In this document: one piece after another, positions 15,016 through 29,658 of the stretch
Numbering within the stretch: position 1 is the stretch's first letter
Layout of the letters: every line of letters starts with the position of its first letter
Program-made: the position numbers and the translations under genes
The notes under the pieces: model-generated
Database searches by the model: none
The model's input: the letters and a program-made list of their open reading frames with translations, nothing else
What the model was told of the DNA's origin: nothing
Assembly (NCBI RefSeq): GCF_009914755.1
Contig: NC_060926.1
Reading direction: 5' to 3' (one strand)
DNA from: the human T2T-CHM13v2.0 reference genome, Homo sapiens
Length of the DNA: 64,000 nucleotides

Positions 15016-15710
15016 AGATTGCTAGGCATTCCCCAAAATCTAATCTCTCCTTCTTTCCTAGTAACAGCATTTTAGCTGGGTACATGACCATCCATGGAGA
15101 GAAAACACCTGCCTGCCCCTGACTGAGTGCAGGCATAGTCATAAGATTAAATTCTCACTGATGAAATGTTAGTGGAAGTAACATGCCATTTCCACATCTT
15201 GTGCTTCCCTCTGTTCTCACAGACTGGGGTACAAATGTGGATGAGGCATCTCTGACCGCACAGATGACAAGGGATGGCAGAGCAACAAAATACAAGAAAT
15301 GGGCAGTGCTGTCCATCCTGACCCACCTGTTTCCCTTAAGTAGAAATAAGAGAGAAATAACAGAAAGAATGTTAAGACAAAAATAAGCTTCTGTCTTTAC
15401 TGGGCCACTGTGCTTTGGAGAAGTGCCTATTATAGCAGCTTAGCTCATATCCAAACAATCATAGAAACTGGTGCCAGAAGTGGTGTGCTGATGTTACATA
15501 AATATAAAATATGAAGCGTTGGTTTGGCAGTTGGGTCCCTCAAAACAAGAAAGCAGATGTTGCTAACTGAAAAAGGTCATAAACTGGTGACCCTTGTTTG
15601 TCACAGTAAAATGCCTGCCAAACCTGTCACCTGAGACTCCCTTGAAGGCAGGCGGAATCACATGCCTATAGAGCCTATTGCCCTAGGGAAAGTAGATGAT
15701 GGAAAGCGCA
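15012..15710 (+). mobile_element. Old MLT1 LTR plus start of MaLR internal region
   Basis: LTR-like body followed by aactggtgccagaagtggtgtgctgatgttaca..aaaatatg (MLT1-int 5' motif). Confidence 0.65.
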
Positions 15711-16531
15711 GGAATTAGATATTTCTCTGATTCCATATATTCAACCAGAATTAATTATCTAACGCTGATATGGGCCATTATCACAAAGAAATCCTGGAAA
15801 TAATTATGTTCTTTGGCAAAAGTCATAGTCTTCTTTATCTTCTACAATAAAAATTTCAGTAGTAGGATGTCTTAATAAATCTGTTTCTAGATTAATTTCA
15901 TTCCTCCCTAATGGGAATTAAACTGAAAGCCCTAAATAAAGTCTTCTCACATTTTGGAAATTAAGAAATGGAATATTTTATCTTAAAGCTTGAAAGAAAA
16001 TATTTTAATCATGTTATCCAGTAAATATTTTAAGCACAGTTATCCAGTAAATCTTTCATTTTACTTTAACCTTACACATATCTAAAAATAAAGTAATTAA
16101 TAAATATAATATTTCAAACATATTTCCTAGAAACATTGAATTGTTCTAATTGAAGGGTTTGCATGTTTTGCTACATTTGTTCTCTCTTTATTACCTTTTC
16201 ATTTCCAAATTTTTTCAAGGATCCATTAAAACCTCATAACATGAAGTTGTGTGTCTGTTTCTTTTTAAAAATTTGGGAAAAAAGTCATTAGGACACTCAA
16301 ATATATATCTAAATTAAAATCCTCTATGTTATGATAGTTACTTCTGTATTCCCATTATATGAAATCTTACATCCTAAAAGCATCTCAGACAATGCAGCCA
16401 ACTTAAAAACTCAAACAGTACTTAGTTTCGCCCACTCCTATCTACTACAAAATGGAGACCTGAAGTGTGAGTAAAATACATGGGGGAAAATAAAAAGCCT
16501 AACAAAGCACTAAGCCAAAAACTAGGAAATA

Positions 16532-17137
16532 CAGACAGCCCCTTACTTATGATAGGTGAGCTTACTTATGATTTTTCAATTTTACCATGGGTTTATCAGG
16601 ACATAACCCCATAATAAATCCAGAAGCATCTGGACTTAACCATGGTTTGACTTACAATTTTTCAGCTTTACAATGGTGTGAAAGCAACATGCATTCAGTT
16701 GAAACCGTACTTTAGATTCTGAACTCTGATCTTTTCCTGGCCTAGCAATATACAATGTGATACTCTTGCAATGCTGGGTAGTGCGGTAAGCCACAGATCC
16801 TAGTCAGCCACACAATCGCAAGGGTAAAAAACCAATACTTACTAACTTCTTGAAGAGCACTACGCCCACTAAACCATCAACCAGTATAGATACTCCAGGG
16901 TCCCCTACCAGCTACTCTCGAGCCTCATCAGGAGACAGAGAAATTGATAACCTGGTCGCTGTAGCATCCCCAGCATCCACAATTAATTTTAGTTCAATGC
17001 TTCAAACATCCCAGGTCCAGGGTGTTTTCAGTTGTGTATGTTAATTGTGAATGCCCATATAACCATCCTGTTTTTTACTTTCAGTGCAGTATTCACTAAA
17101 TTACATGAGATGTTCACAGCTTTGTTATAAAATAGGC
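16532..17137. mobile_element. Tigger5/MER47-family TcMar element
   Basis: gacttacaatttttcagctttacaatggtgtgaaagc..tgcattcag..gaaaccgtactt. Confidence 0.8.
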
Positions 17138-17140
17138 TCT

Positions 17141-17488
17141 GGCTGGGAAAGGCGGCTCATGCCTGAAATCTCAGCACTTTGGGAGGCCAGGGAGGAGAAT
17201 CACTTGAGGCCAGGAGTTCAAGACCAGCCTGGGCAACATAGTGAGACCCCATCTCTCCAAAAACTTTGAAAAAAGAAATAGCTAGGCATGGTGGTACACA
17301 TCTGTAACCTTGGCTACTCAGGAGGCTGAGGCAGGAGGCTCACTTGAGCCCAGGAGTTCAAGGTTATAATGAGCTATGATTGTGCCACTGCACTCCAGCC
17401 TGGGTGACAGAGTGAGACACTGTCTCTAAACTAAACTAAACTAAACTAAACTAAACTAAACTAAAATAAAATAAAATAAAATAAAATA
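17141..17488 (+). mobile_element. AluJ with (CTAAA)n(TAAAA)n tail
   Basis: J diagnostics; TSD aaaataggct. Confidence 0.93.
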
Positions 17489-17819
17489 GGCTTTGTGTCT
17501 CAAGCATCAACTTCTCCTTGATAAATAAATACCATAAAGAAGAAAATGACTTCTGTCTACTTTTTCCATATGATACTTTTTTATGCTTCTCTATTCTACA
17601 CACATACATTTTTCCCTTGAGAAACCTTAATTTTGTCATATTATTTATCTTCCTGCTAAGACAGGGAAAGTTTACAAATAAAGGTACTAGATCCTAACAT
17701 CAGTTCCATCACTAGGGGGACCCTCTATCTGAGACTTCCCAGGACCCCCGATTTGTGCCTATTGTCCCAGTGTAATTATCATACTCAAAGATGTACCAGG
17801 ATGTAGGATAAATTATAAT

Positions 17820-17972
17820 GAACACACTATCTCTCATAAATGAGCTGTGTGAACTTAAGCAAGTTACAAAACTTCTTTAGGACTCAGTTTCTTCTGTGAC
17901 CAAATGAGAATAACACCTATATGTGAAGGCACATGGAAAAGTGCTATATAAACCCAAGTTATTACTAATAAG
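17820..17972 (+). mobile_element. MIR fragment
   Basis: agctgtgtgaacttaagcaagtta..cttct..gactcagtttc. Confidence 0.7.
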
Positions 17973-17980
17973 GACACAAG

Positions 17981-18148
17981 AACCAGGCATGGTGGCACAT
18001 GCCTGAAGTCCCAGCTACTTGGGAAGCTGAGGTAGGAGAATGCCTGAACCCAGGAGTTCAAGCCTATAATGCGCTATGATCACACCTGTGAATAGCCAAC
18101 GCACTCTAGCCTGGACATCACAGCAATACCTTGTTTCTGAAAATAAAA
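17981..18148 (+). mobile_element. FAM (fossil Alu monomer)
   Basis: Monomer retaining 7SL-derived gcgctatgatcacacctgtgaatagcca; TSD gacacaaga. Confidence 0.85.
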
Positions 18149-18459
18149 GACACAAGAGATATCCAAATGCATTTTCAGAAGGCGGCACTGGCACTGTTAC
18201 CCTTTAGCTTGCTTTGTATGGTTCTAAAAGTCTCAATAGATATGACTGCAAACACAGAAAGTCATTAAACGTTGTAAGGTCCTGTTTTCTTAACTATAAA
18301 ATAAAATGGATACACTAGATGATCCTTATGGTACTTTACAACACGAGAAATGTAATTACCATAATCATTTTAGTCAATTATCTCAGATTATAATGAACAT
18401 ATCATTTATATTGCACCTATCAAACCAGCTACCTTCTGAATTCACAAATTTATCGACGT

Positions 18460-19055
18460 CAGAGTCATAAATCAAGCTTGCAAACTTATCTGGTTGGGCA
18501 GCACAGTATTTTATTGAAATGTTTAAATTATTTGCTCAACTATCACAAGGACAGAAACCCAAACACTGCATGTTCTCACTCATAGGTGAGAATTAAACAA
18601 TGAGAACACTTGGGACACAGGGTGGGGAACATCACACCCCGGGGCCTGTCATGGGGTAGGGGGTAGGGGGAGGGATAGCATTAGGAGAAATACCTAATGT
18701 AAATGACGAGTTGATGGGTGCAGCAAACCAACATGGCACATGTATACCTATGTAGCAAACCTGCATGTTGTGCACATGTACCCTAGAACTTAAAGTATAA
18801 TTTAAAAATAGAAATAAATTATTTGCTCACTTCTCAAAATAAAAAGATTTCACATACAAATTATTATTTCTGATTTTTCTTGAAAAATTGGCATATCTAG
18901 CTAGTATCATGGGACAATAACCAGCAATAGCCAGTAGAAGCTTTCCCTTTAGAAAGTGCATGTGAGGTCCAGTTTGCCAGACTCTTCACCCCATTTGCTT
19001 CACGGACTTATGTTACCTGCTTGTGCAGTGCAGGTATTTGAGTTTGTTTCCCTGA
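18460..19055 (+). mobile_element. MER102 (hAT-Charlie) split by L1PA
   Basis: gatttcacatac..ttcttgaaaaattgg; ends gttacctgc...ggtatttgagtttg..ccctg. Confidence 0.7.
18539..18815 (+). mobile_element. 5'-truncated L1PA 3' end
   Basis: catgttctcactcataggtg...gtaccctagaacttaaagtataat; TSD aaattatttgctca. Confidence 0.95.
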
Positions 19056-19510
19056 TGTTCAAAGAACGTATGGCCACTCACATCTATCTCAATGACTAAA
19101 ACTGTAACTTTCTTTCCCTAAATATATTTCCCCAATAACCTACTAATTTATCAATGAAATTTAGACTATGAAATGCTGTGTTAATTGCTTATTCAAAAGA
19201 ACTACAATACTTCTTACCCTTATACTCTTCCTTTACACAAAAATAATAACAAAGCACAGCAGTTTAAGGATTCAACTAGGAATCAGAAGTCAGATTACAT
19301 TTAATTTTGTAATGTACTCATTTCCTAATCCCTGACATGGCTTTGTGTCATTTAAAATTGTTTAAACTTTATCACTTTAAACACAAGAGAACAAGTGAGG
19401 TAATGTCTAATGTTTGGGAATAAACAGCAAACAATACTTAGTTGTGTCTACTGAAGAATGTATCAAAAATAACAAAATCTGAGCAAATCATTAAGTCTAC
19501 TGGCCTATTA

Positions 19511-19822
<312 letters not shown>

Positions 19823-19879
19823 TCAATTATCAACTTGGGTATTTCTGTAGATGCTTCCATACAAAGCAAAAATAAACCA

Positions 19880-20703
<824 letters not shown>

Positions 20704-21070
20704 TACAATAGACTAAATGTTTGTGCTTGCCCCCTCCAAATTCATGTTGAAACCCTACTCCCAATGTGATGGTATTTGGAGGTGGAGACTTTGGGAGGTA
20801 ATTAGGTCACAAGGGTAGAGCCTTCATGACTGCGATTAGTATCCTTATAAGAAGTGGCCACAGAGTTAGCTAGCTCCCTTTTTGCCATGTGTCTACACAG
20901 CCACAAGACAGCTGTCTATAAGCCAGAAAGAGGGCCCTCACCAAGAACCCAACCCTGCTGGCACTCTGATCTTGGTTGTCCAACCTCCTGAACTGTGAGA
21001 AGTAAATATCTGTTATTTAAGCAACCCAGTTTATGGTATTCCGTTATAGCAGTCAGAGCTGACTAAGACG
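20704..21070 (+). mobile_element. MLT1A-like MaLR LTR
   Basis: aaatgtttgtg...aaattcatgttgaaacc..caatgtgatggtatttggaggtgg...gactaagac. Confidence 0.85.
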
Positions 21071-21269
21071 TGTATATTACCAAATTAAAAGTCTTTTAAA
21101 ATCTACACATGGACTTTTCTTTAAGTATGTACCTATGGGAGAAGAGGGGTGGAAAAACAGATGACAAAGATGAGAAATGCGATAATACAAACCATGTTTC
21201 AAGATCTAAAAAAGAAAACAATCAAATAAAACATCAGGAGAGTGGCAGGCAGTTTTATAATTCAGTAAG

Positions 21270-21850
21270 AGGGGAAAACACTTTCAGAATGACCGAATAA
21301 AGACCCCCAGAAATTTGTTTCTCCATAAAAGCAATAAGAATGCTGACCAAAAAAAAAAAAAAAATGTCAAAATCAACTTTTTCACAACTCTGGAAATCAA
21401 AAATAGGCTTACAACATTATGAGGATGATTTACTCAAGAAAAATATCTAAGTCTCAATAAGGACAGTGTGCTTTATTTTTTTTAATTTTTTGCCCTATTT
21501 CCATCACTCTCTCCCCAGCATCACAGGACCCTTGAAAACCCAGATCCTTGTAGCCATGGTAACTATGGAAAACAGCACTCTGGCAGAGTGCATGGACAAG
21601 GGAGCAAACAGGTCTGGAGCTCCTCAAAAAGGCCCTAACCCAGAAAATTATCACTATATGACCTGGCAGTTAGCTGGAAAAGCCCTATTCTCAGGACTTG
21701 TCTTAATAGGACCTGACTCAGTGCCCACTCAATGGGAAAAGCCGTATCCCCACAGCATGTGTTGAAAACAATCAGCTGCAATTGCCGAACACTGCGGATG
21801 CCTCGGCAGCAATACCAGCTGTGGCAAACAAGAGGCTGGGGAAACAGAAC
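21270..21850 (+). mobile_element. Ancient L1 (L1M4-like) 5' region, first part
   Basis: ctccataaaagcaat...aaaatcaactttttc..aactctggaaat; continues after nested inserts at ~25550. Confidence 0.6.
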
Positions 21851-22000
21851 AGTTCGACAAGAAAAAGAAATAAAAGGCATCCAACTCATAAATGAAGAAG
21901 TAAAATGATCTCTGTTTGCAGGTAACATAATAATATACATAGAAAACCCTACAGACTCAACAACAACAACAAAAAAAAAACAGTGAGAAATAATAAACAG

Positions 22001-22124
22001 CTAGACAGGATGGTGCATGCCTGTAATCCCTGCTACTTGGGAGACTGAGGCAAGAGGATTGCCTGAACCCAGGAGTTCAAGACCAGCCTGGGTAATACAG
22101 TGGGATCCCCATTTCAAAAAAAAA
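22001..22124 (+). mobile_element. FLAM monomer
   Basis: Single left-arm-like monomer with A-tail. Confidence 0.8.
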
Positions 22125-22247
22125 GTTCCAGGATACAAAATCAACATTATAAAATCACTGGTGTTTCTATACACAACCAACAAACTAGCCAAAAAGGAAA
22201 TTAAGAGAATAATCCCATTTACAATAGCGACAAAAAACAAAATACTT

Positions 22248-22549
22248 GGCTAGGCATGGCGGCTCACGTCTGTAATCCCAGCACTTTGGGAGGCTGAGGC
22301 GGGCAGATCACTTGAGGTCAGGAGTTCAAAACCAGCCTGGCCAACATGGTGAAACCCCGTGTCCACTAAAAATACAAAAATTAGCTGGGCGTGGTGGTAT
22401 GCACCCATAATCCCAGCTACTCAGGAGGCTGAGGCAGGAGAATTGCCTGAACTCAGGAGGCAGAGGTTGCGGTGAGCAGAGATAGCACCACTGCACTCCA
22501 GTGTGGGCGATAGAGTGAGACTCTGTCTCAAGAAGAAAAAAAAAAAGAA
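22248..22549 (+). mobile_element. AluS
   Basis: Dimeric Alu; TSD aaaatactt. Confidence 0.95.
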
Positions 22550-23075
22550 TAAAATACTTAGGAATAAACCTAACCAAAGAGGTGAAAGACTTGTGCATCA
22601 AAAATTACAAAATATCAATGAAGAAAATTAAAGATACAGACAAATAAAAAGACATCCGTGTTCATGGATTGGAAGAATTAATAACATTAAAATGTCCACT
22701 CTACACAAAATGATCTACAGATTCAATGAAATTCCTATCAAAATTCCAATGGCATCCTTTACAGAAATTTTAAAATATCCTAAAAATTACACAGAACCAC
22801 AGAACACTAATAGCTAAAGCAATCTTGAGCAAAAAGAGCAACACTAAAGGCACCACATTTCCTAATTTTAAAACATATTACCAAGTTACATTAATCAAAA
22901 CAGTATGGTACCAGCATAAAAAACAGACATATAGCCTAACGGAACTGAATAAAAAGCCAAGAAATTAATCTACTCATTTACAGTCATCTGATCTTTGACA
23001 AGAATGCCAAGAACACATCACAGGGAAAGGATAGTCATTTAAATACATGGTGTTGGGAAAACTAAATATCCACAT

Positions 23076-23205
23076 GCTGAGGTGAAAGGATTGCTGCTTG
23101 AGCCCAGGAGTTCAAGCTTACGGTGAGCTATGATCATACCACTATACTCCAGCCTGGGTAACAGAGCAAGGCCTTGTCTCAAAAAAAAAAAAAAAAAAAA
23201 AAAAA
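23076..23205 (+). mobile_element. AluJ right-arm fragment
   Basis: gctgagg..ggatt..ttgagcccaggag...gtctc(A)n; no TSD. Confidence 0.85.
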
Positions 23206-23672
23206 GGCAAAGATCCCGAACAGACATTTTGCAAAAAAAAAAATACAATTGGCCAACGTATGTATGAAAAAATGCTTAACATCACTAACCACCAGAGAAA
23301 TGCAAATCAAAACCACAATAAGATATCACCTCACACTTTTTAGAATAGCTATTATCAAAAAGACAATATTGGCAAGAATTTGGAGAAAATGGAACTCTGG
23401 TACACTTAGTGAGAATGTAAACTGGTACAGTCATTGTGCAAAACAATATGGAAGTTCCTCAAGAAATTAAAAATAGAATTACCACATGATCTAACAATCT
23501 CATTTCTGGGTATATAACCCAAGGAAATGAAATTAGTATCTCAAAAAGACATCCGCACTCCCATGTTCAAAGCAGCATTATTCATAATATCCAAGGTATG
23601 GAAACAGTCAAATGTCCATCAGTACATGAATGAATAAAGAAAATATGGTGTATGTATATAGATATATACACA

Positions 23673-24450
23673 CAGTCATGAGCCACATAATTACATTTAA
23701 CATAGACAATGGGCTGCATAGATGACAGCTGTATTAGTCCATTTCGCATTGCTATAAAGGAATACATAAGACTGGGTAATTTATAAAGAAAATAAGTTTA
23801 TTTAGCTCATGGTTCTGCAGGCTGTACAAATAGCACCAATATATGCTTGGCTTCTGGTGAGGTCTCAGGAAACTTTTACTCATGGTGGGAGGCTAAGCAG
23901 GAGCAGGCGTGTCACATGGCAAGAGGAAGCAAGAGAGCTGCCAAGCTCTTTTAAACAACCACCTCTTGCATGAACTAACAGAGCAATAACTCACTCATCA
24001 CCAACGGGAGGGCACCAAGCCGTTTATGAGGGATCCACCCCCTCATAAATGAGTGGGACCCAAACCTCCCACTAGGCCCTATCTCCAACATTGGGGATCA
24101 CATTTCAACATGAGATTTGGAGGGAACAAATATCTAAACTATATTAACGGTGGTCTCATAAGATTATAACACCATATTTTTACTATACCTTTTCAGTGTT
24201 TATATATGTTTAGATAGACAAATACTTACCATTGTGTTATAATTGTCTACAGTATTCAGTACAAACCTGCTGTACAGGTTTGTACCCCAAGAGCAATAAG
24301 CTATACCATATATACCATATAGCCTAAGTGTGTAGTAGGCTATACCATCTAAGTTTGTGTACATACATACTTTGATGTTCACACAATGACTAAATTGCCT
24401 AATGACACATTTCATAGAAATTATCCCCATCATTAAGTGATGCATGACTG
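23673..24450 (+). mobile_element. Tigger3a/MER7 (TcMar-Tigger) split by MSTB
   Basis: TIRs cagtcatg...catgactg followed by TA; ggtggtctcataagattata, gtgtgtagtaggctatacc. Confidence 0.9.
23730..24146 (-). mobile_element. MSTB MaLR LTR
   Basis: tgtattagtccatt..cattgctataaaggaatac...tttcaacatgagatttggaggg. Confidence 0.9.
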
Positions 24451-25019
24451 TACATGTATGTACAATGAAATATTATTTAGTCTTAAAAAAGAAGGAAATC
24501 CTGCCATTTGTGACAACATGAATGAACCTGGAAGACATTATGCTAAGTGAAATAGTCCAGAAAGACAAGTACTGCATGATCTCACTTATATGTGGAATCG
24601 AAAACAGTCCAACTCAGACGCACAGAGTAGAATAGTGGTTGCCAGGAATTGGGAAGGTGGGGAAAATGGGGATATATTCGTCAAACATACAAAGTTTCAG
24701 TTATGCAAGATGAATAGGTTCAAGAAATCTAACATACCGCATGATATCTATAGTTGGCAACACTAATTGTATACTTCAAATTTGCTAAGATGGTAGATCT
24801 TAAGTGTTCTCACCACAAAAAAAAGATAACCATGTGAGATAACAAATGTTAACAAGCATTGTGGTGATCATTTCACAATGTATACACATATCAAAACACC
24901 AAATTATACACATTATAAATATATAATTTCTATTTGTCAGTTATACCTCAATAAAGCTGGAAAAAGGTTTATTAGAAAAAAAGGAAATGGATGTAGAAAT
25001 AAAAATAAACCATTGGATT

Positions 25020-25450
25020 CATCAGTCAATCCAGTTTTCAATCATCTAAGAATAAAAATGTTTTCCACTTATACAGGAAGGAAAATGGCTGAAGACTCTT
25101 CAACAAAGTTATGATACATCAAATATTTCAAAATGATGCAAATAACGGATTTTGTCAAGGCAAGTGTAAGAAGAAGGAAAAGAGATAATGATAGGCTAGA
25201 ACTTATTAGGGACATATTTGAATCTCAGAATCAGTATTTACAAGGTGGATATGTTCCAGGTTCATATACACCACATGTCTCCACATGCAGCTGGTTGCAT
25301 TCACAGAATGTTGCCCAATTGGAATATATATGCCTTCAAAACCAGAAAAATATAAGGAAAAAATTAGGTGTGCTGTGCTTAAGTTTCTATTATAACTTCT
25401 AATTATGTTGTTTTTCTACTATACCTTTATTTTTACTTTTGCAAATTAGT
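25020..25450 (+). mobile_element. piggyBac transposase fossil (Looper-like)
   Basis: Translations DRLELIRDIFE..NQYLQGGYVPGS then, frameshifted, QLVAFTECCPIGIYMPSKPEKY, matching the piggyBac DEQL..FRGRC....Y.PSKP.KYG core. Confidence 0.8.
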
Positions 25451-27678
25451 CATTTTATTAAAAAGTCATTTATTAAATTTTACTAAATATAATAATGTTA
25501 GTCATCTATTTAAGGCTTTGATATTAACAAAGAAAAAGGATCTATTAGACCTGATGTTGGGGGAAAGACTGGCAAAAAGAAAAAATTTAAAAGAAAGATC
25601 TGGGGAATGAGATGTCCATATAGGTCTTTGCAAAGCTCTGACGTATTCCTTAGACTCTAGAACGCCACATGTATTTACTCATACCCAAGACATACCTAAG
25701 AAGGCTCTAATCTCTGGCTCACCTTGAGGATGTGTGCAAGCAGTAAGTGAAGGCTAAGGCAGAATTGTCAACTGTCTTGCTGATTGTCGAAGGTATGCCC
25801 CCAACATGTACACAGAGCTCTCAGCAATGACTGAGATTTACTAGTCCAAGGCAATTAAGGAAATCTCTTTCAACCATCAGCTGACCACTAATATAACCAG
25901 ACAGAGACTCCAGTAGCTACATATGACAAAGAATACAGACTACAGAATTCATTCTGAAGTCAATAAATAAACAACAACAACGAGCAACAATACCACATCC
26001 TCGAGAGGGAGGACAATCTATGTCACATTATCTTACTTGAAATGTCCACTTTTCAACAGACTTACAAGACATACAAATAAACAGTAAAGCATGGCCCATT
26101 CACAGGAAATAAAGCAGGCAATCAAAAAATCCTAGGTGTTGGACATACCAGACCAAGACTTTACATAGGCTATGTAATAGGTTCAAATTACTAAAGTAAA
26201 TCATGTCTAAAGAATTAAAGTACAGTATAAAAATGATGCTTCACCAAAGAATATCAATATAAAGAAAAAAGCTTTAAAGGACCAAAAAGAAGATGTGGAG
26301 TGGAAAAATACAGTAATTGAAATGAATAATTCACTAGAGGGGTTCAATAGTAGATTTGAACAGGCATAAAAAAGAATCAGTGTACTTGAAGATATATCAA
26401 CTGAGGTTATGCTGTCTTAGGAATAGAAAGAAAAAGAACAAAGAAAAATTAACAGAGCTTCAGAAACCTGTGAAACACCCACAAGCAAAGCAACATATGC
26501 ACACTGGGAGTTCCAGGAAAAGAGGAAAGAAATTGAAAGGATATTTTTAAGATTAGTGGCCATACATTTCTTGAATTTGATGAAAACCATTAACCTATGT
26601 ATCCAGGAGGCTCAAACAAACTCCAAACAGGATAAACTAAAAAAGATTCACACCAAGGTACATCATAGTCAAAATGTCAAAACACAAAGAGAGAAACGAA
26701 AGCAGTATGAAAAAAATATTCCAGCATGTACAGGGAACCTGAATAAAAATAACAGTTGATTTCTCATGAGAAACCAAGGATGCCAAAAGGCAGCAGTATA
26801 ACAATTCAAAGTGCTGAAACAAAAGGTCAACCAAGACTTCTATAACTGGGAAAACTATCCTTCAAAAAATGAAGGCAAAATTAAGCCATTCTCAAATAAG
26901 CAAAACTTGAGAGAATCTGTCACCATCACATCCTACAAGAAATACTAAAAGGAGTCCTTGAGGCTGAAATAAAAACAACACCAAACATTAACTCAAAGCC
27001 ACACAGAAATAGAGTATTGGTAAAGCTATCTACACAGAGAAGATAAATATATTTATAACCCTTTCTTTTTATCTAATTTAAATGACAATTGCATAAAGCA
27101 ATTATTTAAAAAGTGTAGTCACGGGTTTATAATGTATAAAGATGTAATCTGTATTACAATGAGAGCAAAGTGAAGTATTGGAGTGAAGTTTTATATACTT
27201 CTGAATTTAAGTTGATTAATCTGAACTAGGTTGTTTTAAGTAAAGAAGTTAATTGTAATCCCCAGAGCAACTACTAAGAAAATAACTCAAAAAATATCAT
27301 AACAGTATCATCAGGAATTATGGAGTAAACACCTATGAAAATCTCCTCCTCCAGAAAAATATCAACAAGAGAATTAAAATGGTACACTGGAAAATATATA
27401 TTTAACACAAGATAAGACAGTAATGGAACTCAGGAACTCTTCTACAAGACAAGTAGAAGACATGTAGAAAACAAACAGGAAAGAGACAGACATAAATGCT
27501 ACTTGATTATCAGTAATTACATTAAATGTTTAAGTAAATTAAACAATCCAGTCAAATGGCAGAAATTGGCAGAAAATACTTTTTAAGTGATCCAACTATA
27601 TGCTGTCTACAAGAGATACTGTATAATCAGAGATAAAAATAGAATAAAAATTTTAAGTCGAAAAATATATATACCATG

Positions 27679-28088
27679 TGTTATGGGATGAATTGCCCTC
27701 CTACAAAAACACTTCATATATTGAAGTACTAACCCCAAGTAGTTCAAAATGTAACTAAATTTGGAGATACAACCGGTAAGAAGTAATTAAGTTAAAATGA
27801 GGCCATTAGTATAGACCTTAATCTAATCTGACAGGTGTCCTTATAAGAAGAGGAAATTCTGACACACAGATAGACACCAGGGACATACATGCACAGAGGA
27901 AAGCCTATATGAGAACACAGCAAGAAGGTGACCACCTGAAGCCAAGGAGAGAAGCCTCAGAAGAAACCAAACTTGCCAACACCTTGATCTTATACTTCCA
28001 GCCTCCAGAATTGCAAGAAAATAAATTTCTGTTGTGTAAGTCACCCAGAGTGTGGTATTTTCTATGACAGCCCTAGCAAACCAATACA
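27679..28088 (+). mobile_element. MLT1B LTR
   Basis: tgttatggg..gaattg...gtgtccttataagaagagga...ccctagcaaaccaataca; catg flanks. Confidence 0.9.
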
Positions 28089-29346
28089 ACATGATAACAG
28101 CAACCAAAAAAAGAGTTGGAGTGATAATATTAGTATCAGACAAAATAGACTTTAAGACAAAAATTGTTACTTAAGACAAAGAAGGATATTCTGTAATGAT
28201 AAAAGGATCAATTGAAAAGGAAAACATAATGATTATAAACATATATGCACTTAACAACAAGGCAGCAAAATACATGGGCAAAAACTGACAAAGCTAAAGG
28301 GAGAAATGGACAACAATAGTCAGAGACATCAATATCCCACTTCTCCTCATGGATAAAACAACTAAAGATCAACAAGGACAGTTATAACACCAAAAGCACA
28401 AGGAACCATTTTTAAAAAGGTGAGTTGGATTTCATTAAATTTATAAACTTTTCTGCTTCAAAAGACACTATCAATAAAGTGAAAAAACAATCTACAAAAC
28501 AGAAGAAAATATTTGCAAGGCATATATCTCTTAAGGGTCTAGTATCCATAATACAAGGAAGTCTTAAAACTCAACAATAAAAAGACAACTCTATTTTTTA
28601 AATTAGCAAAGAATTTGAATAGACAATTCCTCAAAGAAGATAGTTAAATAACCAATAAGCACATGAAAAAATGTTCAACATCATTAGTCATCATGGAAAT
28701 ACAAACGAAAACCTTAATGAAACACAACTTCACACCCGCTACAATGGCAAAAAAAAAAAAAAAAGTGGGAAAGAGGTGGAGAAACTGGAGCTCTCATACA
28801 TCGATTAGAATATAAAATGTTGCACCTACTTTCTGTTAATCAGGTCCTCAAAACACAGATTTACCATATGGCCCACAATTTTACTCCTATATATATGCAA
28901 AAGAACTAAAAACATACATCCACACAAAAACTTTTACATAAATGTTCATAGCAGCATTATTCATAATAGCCGAAAAATGAGACCATCCTCATTGTCCATC
29001 AACTGATGGATGGATAAACAAAATGAACAAAACTCATGCAGTGAAATATTTGGTCATTTAAAGGAGTGAAGTAGTGACACATGCTACAACATGCATAAAC
29101 CTTAAAAATATTATGCTAAGTGAAAGATGCAGTCACAAAAGACTTCATATTATATGATTTCATTCATACAAAATGTCCAGAATAGGCAAATCTAGAGTAG
29201 TGGTTAATAAGAGTTTGGGAGCAGGAAAAACGGGAAATAACTACTAATGGGTATGTAGTTTCTATTTAGAGGTGATGAAAAGGTTCAGGAATTAGATAGT
29301 GGTGATGGTTGCATACTGTTGTGAATGTACTAAAAAGTACTGAATT

Positions 29347-29658
29347 GACTGGGCATGATGGGTCACACCTGTAATTCCAGCACTTTGGGAGGCCAAGACA
29401 GGAGAATCACTTGAGGTCAGGAGTTCAAGACCAGCCTGGCCAACACGGCAAAACCCCATCTCTACTAAAAATACAAAAATAGCTGGGCATGGTGGCATGT
29501 GCCTGTAGTCCCAGCTACTCAGGAGGCTGAGGCATGAGAATCACTTGAACCTGGGAGGCAGACATTGCAGTGAGCTGAGATCACACCACTGAACTCCAGC
29601 CTGGACGATACAGTGAGACTCTATCTCAAAAAAATAAAAAATAAAAGATAAAAATAAT
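29347..29658 (+). mobile_element. AluS/J
   Basis: Dimeric Alu; TSD aagtactgaatt. Confidence 0.93.

Larger units (their letters stand above)
21850..24965 (+). mobile_element. L1MA ORF2 (RT to 3' end) carrying nested elements
   Basis: QEKEIKGIQ..EEVK.SLFA translation; 3' end ttatacctcaataaagctgg. Confidence 0.88.
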
